The notes beneath the pieces are model-generated. The model was not told where the DNA came from. It was given only the letters and a program-made list of their open reading frames with translations, and did no database searches. 64,000 nucleotides of DNA from Anthoceros angustus (taxonomy: Eukaryota; Plantae; Anthocerotophyta). Location of the stretch: positions 930,001 to 994,000 of the forward strand of contig MU008182.1 of assembly GCA_010909165.1 (NCBI GenBank), read 5' to 3'. The position numbers and the translations under genes are program-made. Positions 11,601 through 22,113 of the stretch are shown piece after piece. Position 1 is the first letter of the stretch. Every line of letters starts with the position of its first letter.

Positions 11601-11705
11601 TACAACAATTGGTAAGCCACAACCGTGCTGGGTGCATAAAAACTGTCCACCCAGCGTTTCCTGTTGCGGTTTGTGTGAATCAACTGCAAAGCTCCAGATG
11701 TCCAT
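8676..11705 (-). CDS. PLS-class PPR protein (E1-E2 + WW-type PG box, DYW truncated)
   Basis: 1009 aa ORF with PLS triplets, ending KQPGQSWWTDMNGLVHRFSVADL. Confidence 0.93.
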   Translation of the reverse strand: MDIWSFAVDSHKPQQETLGGQFLCTQHGCGLPIVVGSSPVHVNSRSLAQPRRCSTLARKPARITVCLATLEMEVGGWPTLNWSVPDGEPGKAAGSGKGVTAKTVSRLCQRGQLAQAIEAVGVLVLTDCRVTKFVFYTVVRQCVAAKDLTLGRRVHALAVEKGYEADTFLCNHILRMYISHSKLQEAMDVFSMIAKPDAFTWSAVISGHVKHGQDKQAIELYKGMRGSSVEPDGHVFVAALQACARGGDLKSGQQVHADVLASGMKHDLFVWNSLVDMYAKCGSLEEAQRLFDGLCKKDVVTWNALIAGYSQQGMGQEALHLYRAMEEEGIIAPNSVTFVCLLQACASVGTPALEKGKQLHAKIKERGLQADVVVGGSLVNMYAKCVSIDDARYVFDRLGVKNVVTWSSMIAGYSQQGMGQEALGLYRAMQEEGLAAPDSVTFGSLLQACASVGTTALEKGKQLHAEISKCGFEADWFVASSLVNMYAKCGSIEVARGVFDGLRHKNVVTWSAMIAGYSQQGMGQEALRVYGAMQEEGIVAPNSVTFVCLLQACSSVGTPALEKGRQLHVQIRELELEGEVFVASSLVHMYAKCGSLEDAERVFEGLGEKNVVTWSSMIAGYSQQGMGQKALSLYRDMQQEGMAVPDSVTFVCLLQACASVGTPALEKGKQLHAEIRKQGIEADLFVANSLVTMYAKCGSLEEAQDVFDALVQKDVVTWNSMIAGYSQQGMGLGALVLYRRMQEEGIVEPNSVTFVCLLQACASVAALPQGRQLHAQIKEQKLHTDMLVAGSLINMYGKCGSMLDALQVFQALPKRDVFTWSALIAGYTRQGDSEEVFGLVCKMEEDGIQPDSITFLSVLTVCSHTGLVNKGRGYFEDMSKHYGITPTADHYTCMVDLLGRSGQLQEALALVQTMSVPPDAALWRTLLGACQKWSNVDVGRYAFNEAVKLDEKDSAAYVLMSNIYTSAQMWEQAREMQSRRKTIGAWKQPGQSWWTDMNGLVHRFSVADL

Positions 11706-12126
11706 GCCTCAGGAGCAACCCACTGAGGCTAACTGCGGAAACAGCCAACCAACGTGACGCACAAGACCATCGGGCAGCACAGCTAATCACGAGCTTATCT
11801 TAGTCAAGGACAACCAATAGCGATCTTTTATCATGAGCTCGTCCATGCTTGGCCTCGATCCTGGTCACGACCATCCAGCAGGTTCCAGTTGTAAGCCAGA
11901 GGACCACGATCTCTCTTGCAGGCCGATCTGCAGCGGCGAGGAATTCTGTTACCTTGTTGGTCGCTCGTTTAACGTTTGGTTCGTTGTAGTGCAATGTTGA
12001 GATCTGGAGCTGTTGTTCGGACACCCCATCGCCCGCAGGAGGCTCCTACGATACAAAGTACATGACGAGGAAGAGCTTGGGATTTCTCTGGGAAGAATGT
12101 ATGCATCTGATGAGCTTTTAAAGTCG

Positions 12127-14178
12127 TCAAATGCAGGCAACGTGTTTGGGCCAACCGCAGTGAGTGCCAGTTCGCCTCTCTACGTTAGCGGTGTGTGATG
12201 GGGCACTTTGACAAAGAACGGAGAGCCGCAAATTTTTCACACCCACAATGGACCATCCATCACGAGGCATATCCGAGTTCTTTTGTGCAACGTGCGCTTC
12301 CTTCGTCCTCTTATAAAGAAGGTGCTCCAGCTTTGGTTCACTTCCGGGGTGATGCTTGGTGTTCCCAACGACAAAGCAATGCTCGAGTCCGTCCATGTCT
12401 ATCCACCAGCTCTGCCCTGGCTCCTTCCATGCCCCGATTCTTAATCTCCTGGACTGCATCTCCTGTGCCTGCTCCCACATCTGGGCGTCTGTGTATATGT
12501 TTGACATCAACACATAAGCTGCGGCATCTTTCTCGTCTAGCTTCACAGCTTCATCGAAAGCATGATGTCCCACGTCCACATTTCCCCACTTTCGACAAGC
12601 ACTTAATAGGGTATGCCACACTGAGGTATTGGGCAGTACAGGCATTGTCCTTACCAGATGTAGTGCCTCGTCAAGCTGTCCTGCACGGCCCAGGAGATCC
12701 ACCATGCACGTGTAATGGTCTGCCGTGGGGGTGATGGTGCAAAGTCTGCTCATGGCCTGGAAGTATTCTCGCCCCTTGCCCACTAGACCTGTATGGCTAC
12801 ATACTGTAAGTAAGCTCAGAAAGGTTATGCCGTCTGGCTGTATGCCATCCTGTTTCATTCTGTGAAACAATTGGAAGACCTCTTCGCTGTCTCCTTGGCG
12901 GGTGTATCCAGCAATCAGTGCATTCCAAGTGGACACGTCTCTATTGAGCACCTCCTCGAAGACCTGCTGTGCATAATCCATGCACCCGCACTTTCCGTAC
13001 ATGTTGATCAAACTGCCGGCTACGAGCAAATCAGCTTGAAGCCCTTGTTCTTTGATTTGTGCATGAACCTGCTGTCCCAGATCCAAAGCGGACAGACTTG
13101 CACATGCCTGAAGGAGGCCTGCAAATGTAACGGCATTGGGTGCAACAGTGCTTTCTTCTTGCATGGCCCTGAACAACAGAACGGCATCCTCCCCCATGCC
13201 CTGCTGGGAATACCCAGCTATCATGGCATTCCACGTTACCACATTTTTCTCACCAAGCCCGTCGAACACGACTCTAGCATCCTCTAGGCTGCCACACTTT
13301 GCATACATGTTTACCAAACTGCTGGCTACAAAAACGTCAGCTTGAAGTCCTCGTTCTCTTATCTGTTCATGAAGCTGCCTGCCCTTCTCCAAAGCCAGGG
13401 TGCCGACACTTGCACATGCCTGTAAGAGGCACAAAAACGTTACATAATCTATTTCAACGATCCCCTCTTCTTCCATGGCCCTGTACAAATGAAGGGCCTC
13501 CTGCCCCATGCCCTGCTGGGAATACCCTGCTATCATGGCACTCCAAGTCACCAAATCTTTCTGAGGAAGCCCATCAAACACTCTTTGCGCTTCTTCCAGG
13601 CTGCCACACTTAGCATACATGTCCACCAAGCCACTAGAAACGAACACATTAGGCTCAACGCCGCTAGCCAACACATCAGCATGCACCTGCTGCCCCGATT
13701 TCAAGTCTGCTCCCCTCGAACAAGCCTGAAGCGCTGCCACAAAGACATGGCAATCTGGCTTCACCCCTGACCTGCGCATTCCATGATACAATTGTATGGC
13801 ACGCATATCTTGCCCGTGCTTAACATGAGCTGAGATGATGGCCGACCATGTGAAGGCATCTGGTTTGGCAACCATATTGAACACATCCATCGCTTCCTGC
13901 AACCTGGCATGAGAAGCATACATCCGCAGGATGTGATTGCACAAGAACGTATCCGAATCATACCCCTTGCACAGTGTAAGAGCATGAACACGGCGACCCA
14001 GAGGCAGCTCCTTCCCACATCCTTTTATGACCTCATAAAAGAGAGATTTAGAAGCATCACACTCTGCGTGTACCAGAAATCCCAGAGCCTCAACGGCCTC
14101 TCCGAGCTGCCCTTGCTGACAGAGTCTACTGACGGTCTCTGCCGTCACTGCCCAATGCATTTCCACTGCAGCCAGCAT
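12127..14178 (-). CDS. PLS-class PPR protein with in-frame, internally deleted DYW:WW domain; N-terminus uncertain
   Basis: 683 aa ORF; KEPGQSWWIDMDG...PRDGWSIVGVKNLRLSVLCQ...VERR; no HxE motif; no obvious transit peptide in the ORF. Confidence 0.88.
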   Translation of the reverse strand: MLAAVEMHWAVTAETVSRLCQQGQLGEAVEALGFLVHAECDASKSLFYEVIKGCGKELPLGRRVHALTLCKGYDSDTFLCNHILRMYASHARLQEAMDVFNMVAKPDAFTWSAIISAHVKHGQDMRAIQLYHGMRRSGVKPDCHVFVAALQACSRGADLKSGQQVHADVLASGVEPNVFVSSGLVDMYAKCGSLEEAQRVFDGLPQKDLVTWSAMIAGYSQQGMGQEALHLYRAMEEEGIVEIDYVTFLCLLQACASVGTLALEKGRQLHEQIRERGLQADVFVASSLVNMYAKCGSLEDARVVFDGLGEKNVVTWNAMIAGYSQQGMGEDAVLLFRAMQEESTVAPNAVTFAGLLQACASLSALDLGQQVHAQIKEQGLQADLLVAGSLINMYGKCGCMDYAQQVFEEVLNRDVSTWNALIAGYTRQGDSEEVFQLFHRMKQDGIQPDGITFLSLLTVCSHTGLVGKGREYFQAMSRLCTITPTADHYTCMVDLLGRAGQLDEALHLVRTMPVLPNTSVWHTLLSACRKWGNVDVGHHAFDEAVKLDEKDAAAYVLMSNIYTDAQMWEQAQEMQSRRLRIGAWKEPGQSWWIDMDGLEHCFVVGNTKHHPGSEPKLEHLLYKRTKEAHVAQKNSDMPRDGWSIVGVKNLRLSVLCQSAPSHTANVERRTGTHCGWPKHVACI

Positions 14179-14775
14179 CCAAGCTGCCTCCGAGGTTGTT
14201 CAGCTAGAGGGCCTTCTGTTCAGGTTGCCTGTTACCTGAATCAAAGCGTGGGCACCAGAAAATAATGTTGCCACAAGAGACGACCCTTGCTGGAAAGACC
14301 CGTACCCAGCCAGAAATTCTCTTGTACTGGCTGGCATTCCTGGACTACACATCGCGACATTGTCGCCTGCACCCGTTGGTGTGCATGCAACCTGATGATG
14401 AGGGATCACCTGCACCTGGTGCATTTTGGTATACTAACTGGCAGAATGCTTTTCCAAACTTTTGGCTTTGATTGTTAGGCCCGTTTCACAAGCCTGGTAT
14501 AAATCCTGACACACCTCATGTGATTGGAGGGTCAATTTGTACCCGGTTCACAAGGACTAAATAACCCACACCCTGGCCCTTACGTGGATGCCACGGCAGG
14601 GTGTTTTTCGATGTCAGAAAACACCGGGCAAGTCCGCCGGTGTTTTTTGACCAATGGCAGGTCAATTCTTATTTTTATGAGTTTTTTTACTGTGATGTTA
14701 TTCAACTTGTACGAAAAGGGCGCTTACAAAACTAGCACGAACACGCCCAAGGTATGTGAAGGCCGCTCTCGAGAG

Positions 14776-15025
14776 CGGACAGGAGGAGAGTGCCGCCTGG
14801 ACAGGAGGAGAGTGCCCGTCTGGACGGAGGAGAGTGCCCGTCTGGACAGGAGGAGAGTGCCCGCCTGGACAGGAGGAGAGTGCCCGCCTTTGAGCCGCAG
14901 AGGAGAGTGCTCGCCGTTGAGCCGCAGAGGAGAGTGCCCGCCGTTGAGCCGCAGAAGAGAGTGCCCGCCATTGAGCCGTGGAGGAGAATGCCCGCCGTTG
15001 AGCCGCGCAGAAGAGTGCTCGCCGA
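14776..15025. repeat. Compound minisatellite inside the Harbinger element (22-23 bp x5 then 27 bp x~5)
   Basis: GGACAGGAGGAGAGTGCCCGYCT units followed by CCGTTGAGCCGCAGAGGAGAGTGCCCG units. Confidence 0.93.
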
Positions 15026-15245
15026 AGAGCCGCGTCCTTGACTTCGTGTGTGCTGTGTGGAGGGATCTGCCCATCGTCGCCACGCGCTTGCAGCCTTGCT
15101 GTGAGGTAATTCCAAGGTATTCAGTGGCAATCGAATTTTTGGATGGCACAACGGGCTCTCTAAAGTTTCTGACTGACCTCGGCTTGACATAACAAGCTCT
15201 CTATCTCAAAAGGTTTGGCAGGTTTCTAGGCTTTTAGGTTTGGCT

Positions 15246-15965
15246 ATGGCTGGGCAACAAGGTCATGGTGGTGAGTCTTCACTACAAAGACGGCCTTCCC
15301 AAACTTTTTCAAGTTATCTATTTGGCTCAGGAGGGGAGTCGACGGTTCAAAGCTACAACTTTGAACAGTCCTCTCAGACGTGGAGCCAACCTCCAAGTCA
15401 ACAAATATCACAAGGATGCTCCCCTCATGAGCAGCAAGCATTCTCAATGCCTCTGCTTGGAAGTGTCATGCTAGGCTCTGGTTTCAAACGGCTTGCACCA
15501 GGCAATGTCATTGACCTAGAAACTGGTCATGAGGTTCCAATTTCACAGGACACTGGCACAGGGTCAAAGAAGCGTAGGGGGAAAAGCAAAAAACACTTGG
15601 AACTTGAAGGGGAGGATCAGGTTCGAAGGACAAGTGGTGGAAGGGGTCCACAATGGACTGAACACCATACCATCCACTTGATCCACCTTAGGGGTTCTAT
15701 GGAGGAGGATTTCAATAAAGCACCCAAGCAAGGTATCGACGTGTGGAACAAGCTCTACGAGATTGTGCGGTCTGCCGATTCGACAAGGATTACGAGGCAT
15801 GTCGTCAAGCACAAGAGCCTTATGAAGGATTACAGGAAGGACAAAGCCGAGAACGAGACAAGTGGGCATGGAAGGTCTGATAAATGTAAGTTTTTTGATC
15901 TCATGGATGAATACCATGGTAAACGCCCGTGGTCAATTGCCATGCACATGCCGGCTCCTTCCTAG
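15246..15965 (+). CDS. Harbinger Myb/SANT-like (trihelix-type) DNA-binding protein, probably disrupted
   Basis: WTEHHTIHLIHLR...W..L.....KSLMKDYRKDK...SG.GR...CKFFDLMDE; basic NLS KKRRGKSKK. Confidence 0.75.
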   Translation: MAGQQGHGGESSLQRRPSQTFSSYLFGSGGESTVQSYNFEQSSQTWSQPPSQQISQGCSPHEQQAFSMPLLGSVMLGSGFKRLAPGNVIDLETGHEVPISQDTGTGSKKRRGKSKKHLELEGEDQVRRTSGGRGPQWTEHHTIHLIHLRGSMEEDFNKAPKQGIDVWNKLYEIVRSADSTRITRHVVKHKSLMKDYRKDKAENETSGHGRSDKCKFFDLMDEYHGKRPWSIAMHMPAPS

Positions 15966-16381
15966 GACATTTGCTACGCCCGGGGGCTCTATGGACTCTA
16001 CCATGGGCTCTACTTTTTGGATGTCAGATGGTTTTGGAGAGTGAACGAGCCACCACGATGGTGAGCCCATACACCGAATCGGATGGTCAAGCCCGTTAAC
16101 ATGTGGCCAAAAGAGAACAAGGCAAGAAAGGGAGACCCAAGATCGGCAACTATGGAACGGATGGCCAAGCACAGAATGTTTATTACAAGAGTACAAGGCA
16201 AGCGCGGTTGACTTTACTCCAATCCATGAACGACACACTTGGCAACTTGGCAACATACTTGATGCACAAACGAACACATGAGCTAGTTTTGGTAGAATTT
16301 GCATTTCTAGTTTCTATTGTTCACCTTCGGTCTCAGACTTTGAGCCAAGGGCTGGTTTTGGAAATTTAAGTGTTTAAGTTT

Positions 16382-17829
16382 TTATTGTTCACCTTTGTTC
16401 TCCGTCTCAGACTCTGGACCCAAAACCTCGTTTGCCCGTCTTTTCAAGCGCAATTCATACAAGCTTTTGGCTAAAGCCCTCCGACGTGCCACACCTTGTC
16501 TATAACCAGCCCTTGCATATGGGTTTTGGTCTCCACCATCGGCATGGTCTTCCACATTCACTATATTTCGTCTTTGCCCATGCTTATTATATGCATTGTT
16601 GATTTCATACAAAGTCTCTACAGCTGCCCTTGAAGCTTCTTGTTGCAGTGCAGTCCGCCGCTGATGAGTGCTAGAAGCGGAGCTTTGAAGTTCAAGAGTA
16701 GTTTGATTGAACCATTCATCCTCAAAGCCATCATTACGCTCCACACACATGTTATGCAATACTAGGCATGCACTAACAACACAAGGCACATTTTTTAACT
16801 TCATATCATTTCTTTTTAGCAAAATCTGAAACCTACTTTTCGATGCCGTATGTCCTTTCCACCACCATTCGTACTAGATTGAATAAAATTCCAATTGGCT
16901 TCCTCCGATGTAAATCCATCTTTATGCCCACGGAATGGAGTTAATAGATGTACTCGAGGCCAATAACCTGCATCTCCCACTAAGGCAAACTCATCTAGCA
17001 TACCTGCTGCACATCTTTTTCCAATTTCCGACCGCTCCCACAAGTTCCAATCATTCATGCTACCTGCCCAACCGAAATCATAATCCCAAACCATTCCTTT
17101 TGCATTCACTACTAATTGAAGCAAGCAACTATGAAACCCCTTCCTACAATAATAGTCAACATGGTACTCTTTTGGTGCTATGATGGGAATATGGCTACCA
17201 TCTACTGCTGCTATAACATAAGGAATTCCTCTCAATGCCTCAAACTCAGTTGCATACATCTCCATCTTACTTCTGATGGCCATTGGATATACACATCATG
17301 CAAGATAGCCCTAAGAGCATTGCAAAATTGTAATACGATACCTTGAACAGTAGATGTACCATACCGATACAGGGCAGCAATAGTGGACAACCTATCCCCA
17401 CCAGCCAAGCGCATTAAACTAATGGATACTCGAGCATCCACTGGGACTGCATCTCTAGTAATTCTATCTTGTTTTTGAAGTATAGGTGCCAACTTCATAC
17501 AAATGAAGTCAAAGGTAGGTCTACTTACACGCATCCTGTTCTTGAACACTAGTGCATCCACTTAGATGTCCTTAACAGTCTCTGCATAAAGTGGAGGGCT
17601 ATCTTGAGCATCCTTATGCAGCATGGCCAACATGGCATCTGGACTATTCAACAATAGGAGAGAGTAGCTCGCACATTGTGGCACAAACACACTCTCCCCA
17701 CCAGAACAACACACAAATTCCTCATACATCGCTCTCAAAGTCATACCTTTGGCCTCCTCACAACACTCTTGTATTGCATAGCTAGAGGACAAGCTATGAT
17801 CTGAGCTTGTCCTCTGTGAAAGACGAAAG
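16382..17829 (-). pseudogene. Harbinger (HARBI1-like) DDE transposase with frameshifts and stops
   Basis: FKNRMRVSRPTFDFIC, IAAVDGSHIPI, YYCRKGFHS, GWAGSMND, LVGDAGY, VVERTYG, ACLVLHNMC spread over at least 3 frames; stop at 17562-17564. Confidence 0.92.
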
Positions 17830-18836
17830 CTAGCTTGGAAGAAATGACGAGCCTCTTGCATTGTGAAGTTATGGATGATGTCTTTGTCCTCTATCTTGTT
17901 ATAGCATATCTGATGTAGCCTCTTGCATGGTCTCAAGAACCTGTGCTCCTCGTAGTGGCGCGGCCTTCGCCTACCGACATTTTGGAATGGCGTAAGTGAT
18001 TTAATGTTGTGGATAAAGAGGTTTTTGAGCATCTCTCTTGCATCCTTGACTTGTGGTAAGGCAAATATATTCTTGTAGTGTAACTGTCACTCAATCTGAC
18101 TATTTGTCTGGTATCTTGTGGTCATTTTGTACACACAGATTACGTTTTGAAGGGTAGTGAGGGAACTCCCTTTCAGTGTTGGCCTTGCACTATTTATGCT
18201 GCCTAACGTCATGGTCGTGTATTGCAACATACTTATGTGCATGCGTTCTTTTATAGTACTTTAAGAAAATTATTAATTTTGATAACTTCTAGAAGCTGAG
18301 GATAGCCGTTGTCCCATTGCCTTTTGTTGTTAGCTTTAGTCACCTATTTGTCTGTAGTCCTTCTGGGTTGCTGGAGACCATAAAAGCTCAAAGGGATCGC
18401 TTTTGTGACCTTCATTCATTTTATGCAGATGGATAATACTCCAACCATAGGAAGTGTGTCTACGTCAGTAGAGGATAAGCATCGACTGGCCCAAGCATCT
18501 CTTGCCGATAATTGCGAAAAGTACTTCTCAATCCCCGTGTCCACTCGTATCGATGGTTGTTGACTGTAATGGGTTCTGACAATGTCAGAATGTCAGACGT
18601 ACACATGCTTGTATTTGGACACTTATGATCCTTTTTCTTTTTGTTTAGCAGTGTGATATTTCCTACGATGTTCCCAAAGTACGTGGAGAAGCTTGTGGAA
18701 CAGCAACGAATTTGGAGCAGGCATAGAAGGGGGTGGACGAAAAACAAGATACGCAAGCTCCCACTTTGTTGGAGCAACAGCTTGTGGCTGATCTTGTGGG
18801 AAACGCAGATGTAAAAGGGGATTGGCAGCGGGAGGG
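17830..18836 (+). pseudogene. Partial intron-retaining duplicate of the adjacent UBC gene with internal deletion
   Basis: Colinear with 20380-20752 and ~21360-22013, including introns; frameshifts present; catalytic exons missing. Confidence 0.93.
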
Positions 18837-20056
18837 CTTTATAAAACAAAAAAAAACAATTATCCAAATGGTAAAAAGTATAGCCGCGGGTTTTATTAAT
18901 GTGCAATGAAATCATCTTCCTCTAATTGGTCAATTGGTCTACATTATGTCATGCTTTTTTAACAAAACTGTTCCTAAATCTGTCACATTATTTTTACATA
19001 AGTACCACACCAAAGTCAAGTCCTCCAATTTGCTAGCGAATTGAGAAGTTGAGATGCAATGGTACACTGCGTTCATTGGCGTCCTAAGTCTACTTCGGAC
19101 TTAACCTATTTGGTATTTTCAAATTAGGACCTTATGGACTCACATTTTAGGACAGTTCAAACTTGGTTCAACTCCAATTCGCCGCGTGCCGAGTGAACCA
19201 ATCATAGCACGGACAGAAGGTTACAAGGCTTTCGGTTCGCTGACGTGGTAGGGTATAGTTTAGGTGGAAGTGGTGGGGTATTGTTAGGTGGAACTAATCT
19301 GATCATTGAGCCATACTACCTCTAATTCCTCAATAAATCATGCAAACTGGGGTCAATTTAAAATTTTACATTCTATCAGTTATTTCACATTTCTATGCTA
19401 TTTTTTAAAATTAAAAATTATTAAATATAATATAATATAAAGAACTAATCATACTTCTTGTAGATCGTCAAACTCATTCATTTTCTAATATGTGGCTTGT
19501 CTTTTTTTTTTGTACGTTTATTATCCACTTTGTTAGGTAGTCAATCTCACCGTTAATTCGGTACATAGTTAGATATTAAAAAAAGCTACCTATTTCTGGA
19601 TTTGGTAGTCACTTTGAAGCTGCCAATGCACTGGCGCTCGCTGATATATTACGTGGTGCTAACCCTAATTTCCGGCATATGTAGATCAGAAATAAGATTC
19701 ACACAAGAATATCCTTAACGAAAGTCTCTTGGGGTGAGGTTTCCTGCGTTCCGGCAGGCAGGGCTGTCTGTGTTTTTGCTTTGGTGGGGCTCTTTTGCTA
19801 GCGGTGAGGATTCTAGGAATGACCAGGTTGGACGGGAAGCCTGCCTGGCTAGTCAGCTCTAAGGGACTCGGCCTGCCCTGGCACGTTCAAATTGCCGACG
19901 TCGCGTGGCGGGCCGCCGTTGCTTAGCCAGGGGCAGACAACCGAGACTGTGCCCGAGCCGATCTAGCTGTTGCCTTTCAGGAAGTGTTGCTTGGTGACCC
20001 TAGATCGTGCGTTGCGTCTGGTTCGAGGCCTCCAACCTATGCGTTGAGAGAAGGAT

Positions 20057-22113
20057 ATGGCAGACAAAGCCTGTGTGCTGCGGTTGCAGAAAGAGTTTCG
20101 AGCTCTCTGTAAGGTAGGCTTCCGGCTACAGACCTGGTTTGCGGTATCTGGCCTGTTTCGCAATTATGGCCCCTGGTAGTGCGGGCATAAGAAGTGTGAC
20201 TTTATCCGGGGTGTGATTTAGTTCTCCTGTTAAAACCGGTCGGCCGATTGTTGCGCAATGGAGTGGAGTAGGGTGTTTGACCTGAGGTGGTTCGCTCATG
20301 CATACATCTGGGCTTCAGCTTCTCAGTGTGCAGCTCAGTCTGACGGCAGTGGTTATGAGCTTTGTATTGGCTCGCTCAACTAGCTTGGAAGAAATGACGA
20401 GCCTGTTGCGTTGTGACGTTGTAGATGTTGTCTTTGTCCTCTGTCTTGTCATAGCATGTCTGATGTAGCCTCCTGCATGGTCTCAGGAACCTGTGCCCCA
20501 CGTGTTGGCGCGGCCTTCGCCTACCGACATTTTGGAATGGCGTAAGTGATTTAATGTTGTGGATGGAGGTGGTTTTGAGCTTCTCTCTTGCATCCTTGAC
20601 TTGCGGTTAAGCAAACATATTCTCGCAGGTGTAACTGCCACTCTTTCTGACCGTTTGTCTGGTGTCTTGTGGTCGTTTTGTACGCGCAGATTACGTTTTG
20701 GAGGGTAGTGAGGGAACTCCCTTTGAAGGTTGGCCTTGCACTGTTTATGCTGTTTAACCCTTGTGCTTTGTTGCTCGTTATGCTGATGGGGGGTACGGTC
20801 TCTGTAATCGTTCAGGTGGAGTCTACCATGGGAAGGTCAAGTTCCCCCCCGAGTATCCTTTTAAGCCTCCTGGCATCAGGTATATTCGAGTGGCGTCCCG
20901 TGACCCCGTTTTGTGAGCGACAGATTTGTGTTTGAGTTCAAAGTTGGGCTCTCCTGTTCCTGACTACTTTTGTGGAATTTAATAGTATGATCACCCCGAA
21001 CGGCCGATTTGCAACTCACAAGCGGATTTGCATGTCAATGAGCGACTGTGAGTTCTTTCTGAGTCGATTGCCCCTCTTTGTACTTGAATACTGCTGCATC
21101 TAAATCTTCCTTATTTGCTCACGTTTCAAGGGCACAAAGTGATTGACACTGCTTTGATGCCTATCCAGTTCATCCAGAGACCTGGAATCCTATGTGGTCC
21201 GTTTCTAGGTACTGCACTCTTCCTGTATACTGACTGGTTTGTCAAATTGCTGTATGCTAGTCTTGGCAGCACTGTTTGGTGCGTGACAAGGGCTTTGGAA
21301 TGGTTTCCACGTGCTCTATCTTCACCTTTTGATTACCCAAGGTTTGCTATCACAGAAGTTGCCTAACATCGTGGTCCTGTATTGCAGCATACTTACGGGT
21401 TTGCTATCTTTCATGGTATGTACATGTGTTCTTTTATAGTGCTGTTAGAAAATTAACAATTTTGATAGCTTTGAGAAGCTGAGGATAGCTAGTTTCCGAT
21501 TACCTTTTGCTGTTAGCGTTTGTCACCTATTTGTCTGCAATCCTTTTGGGTTGCTGGAGACAGGAAAAGCTCAAAGGGATCGTTTTTTGTGACCTTCATG
21601 CATTTTATGCAGATGGATAATACTCCAACCACTGGAAGTGTGTCTACGTCAGCAGAGGACAAGCATCGACTGGCCCAAGCATCTCTTGCCTATAATTGCA
21701 AAAAGTACTTATCAATTCCTGTGTCCACTCGTATCGGTGGTTGTTGCTTGTAATGGGTTTTGACAACGTCAGACGTGCATAAGCTTGTGTTTGGACACTC
21801 ATGATCTGTTTTCTTTCTGTTTGTCAGTGCGATATTTCGCAAGATGTTCCCAGAGTACGTGGAGAAGCTTGCGGAGCAGCAACGAATTTTGGAGCAGGCG
21901 CAGAAGGGGGTGGACGAAAAACAGGAAACGCAAGCTCCCACAATGTCAGAGCAACAGCCTCCGGCTGGTCTTGTGAGAAACGCAGATGTAAAGGGGGGTC
22001 GGCAGCCGAAGGGACTGCAGAAATTGCCGTTGTGGTTGGTGGCCGTTGTAGTCGCCATTTTTGCCAGTATTATGGCTTTGCCTTTGCTAACATTAGATTT
22101 TACCCGCGCTTGA
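20057..22113 (+). CDS. UBC34: Ubc6-type (UBC33/34-like) tail-anchored ubiquitin-conjugating enzyme E2, multi-exon
   Basis: Exons MADKACVLRLQKEFRALCK / EPVPHVLARPSPTDILEW / YVLEGSEGTPFE / GGVYHGKVKFPPEYPFKPPG / ITPNGRFATHKRICMSMSD / FHPETWNPMWSV... with C-terminal TM LPLWLVAVVVAIFASIMALPLL. Confidence 0.92.

Larger units (their letters stand above)
14478..17829. mobile_element. PIF/Harbinger DNA transposon, degenerate, right end not found
   Basis: TTA (14475-14477) followed by GGCCCGTTTCAC, typical of a PIF TSD/TIR. Contains convergent Myb/SANT ORF (+) and DDE transposase (-). Confidence 0.88.

Noticed and set aside
2900-14000. Numerous repeated 60-210 aa antisense or shifted-frame ORFs (MECHD..., MKL.P.LQS...)
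   Set aside because: By-products of the repeated PPR modules.
14524-15192. 222-aa repeat-containing ORF and overlapping ORFs
   Set aside because: Open only because of the GC-rich minisatellite inside the transposon; open in several frames.
18840-19700. AT-rich tract as a possible MITE or the Harbinger right end
   Set aside because: No GTGAAACGGGCC-like inverted terminus or TSD found by eye.
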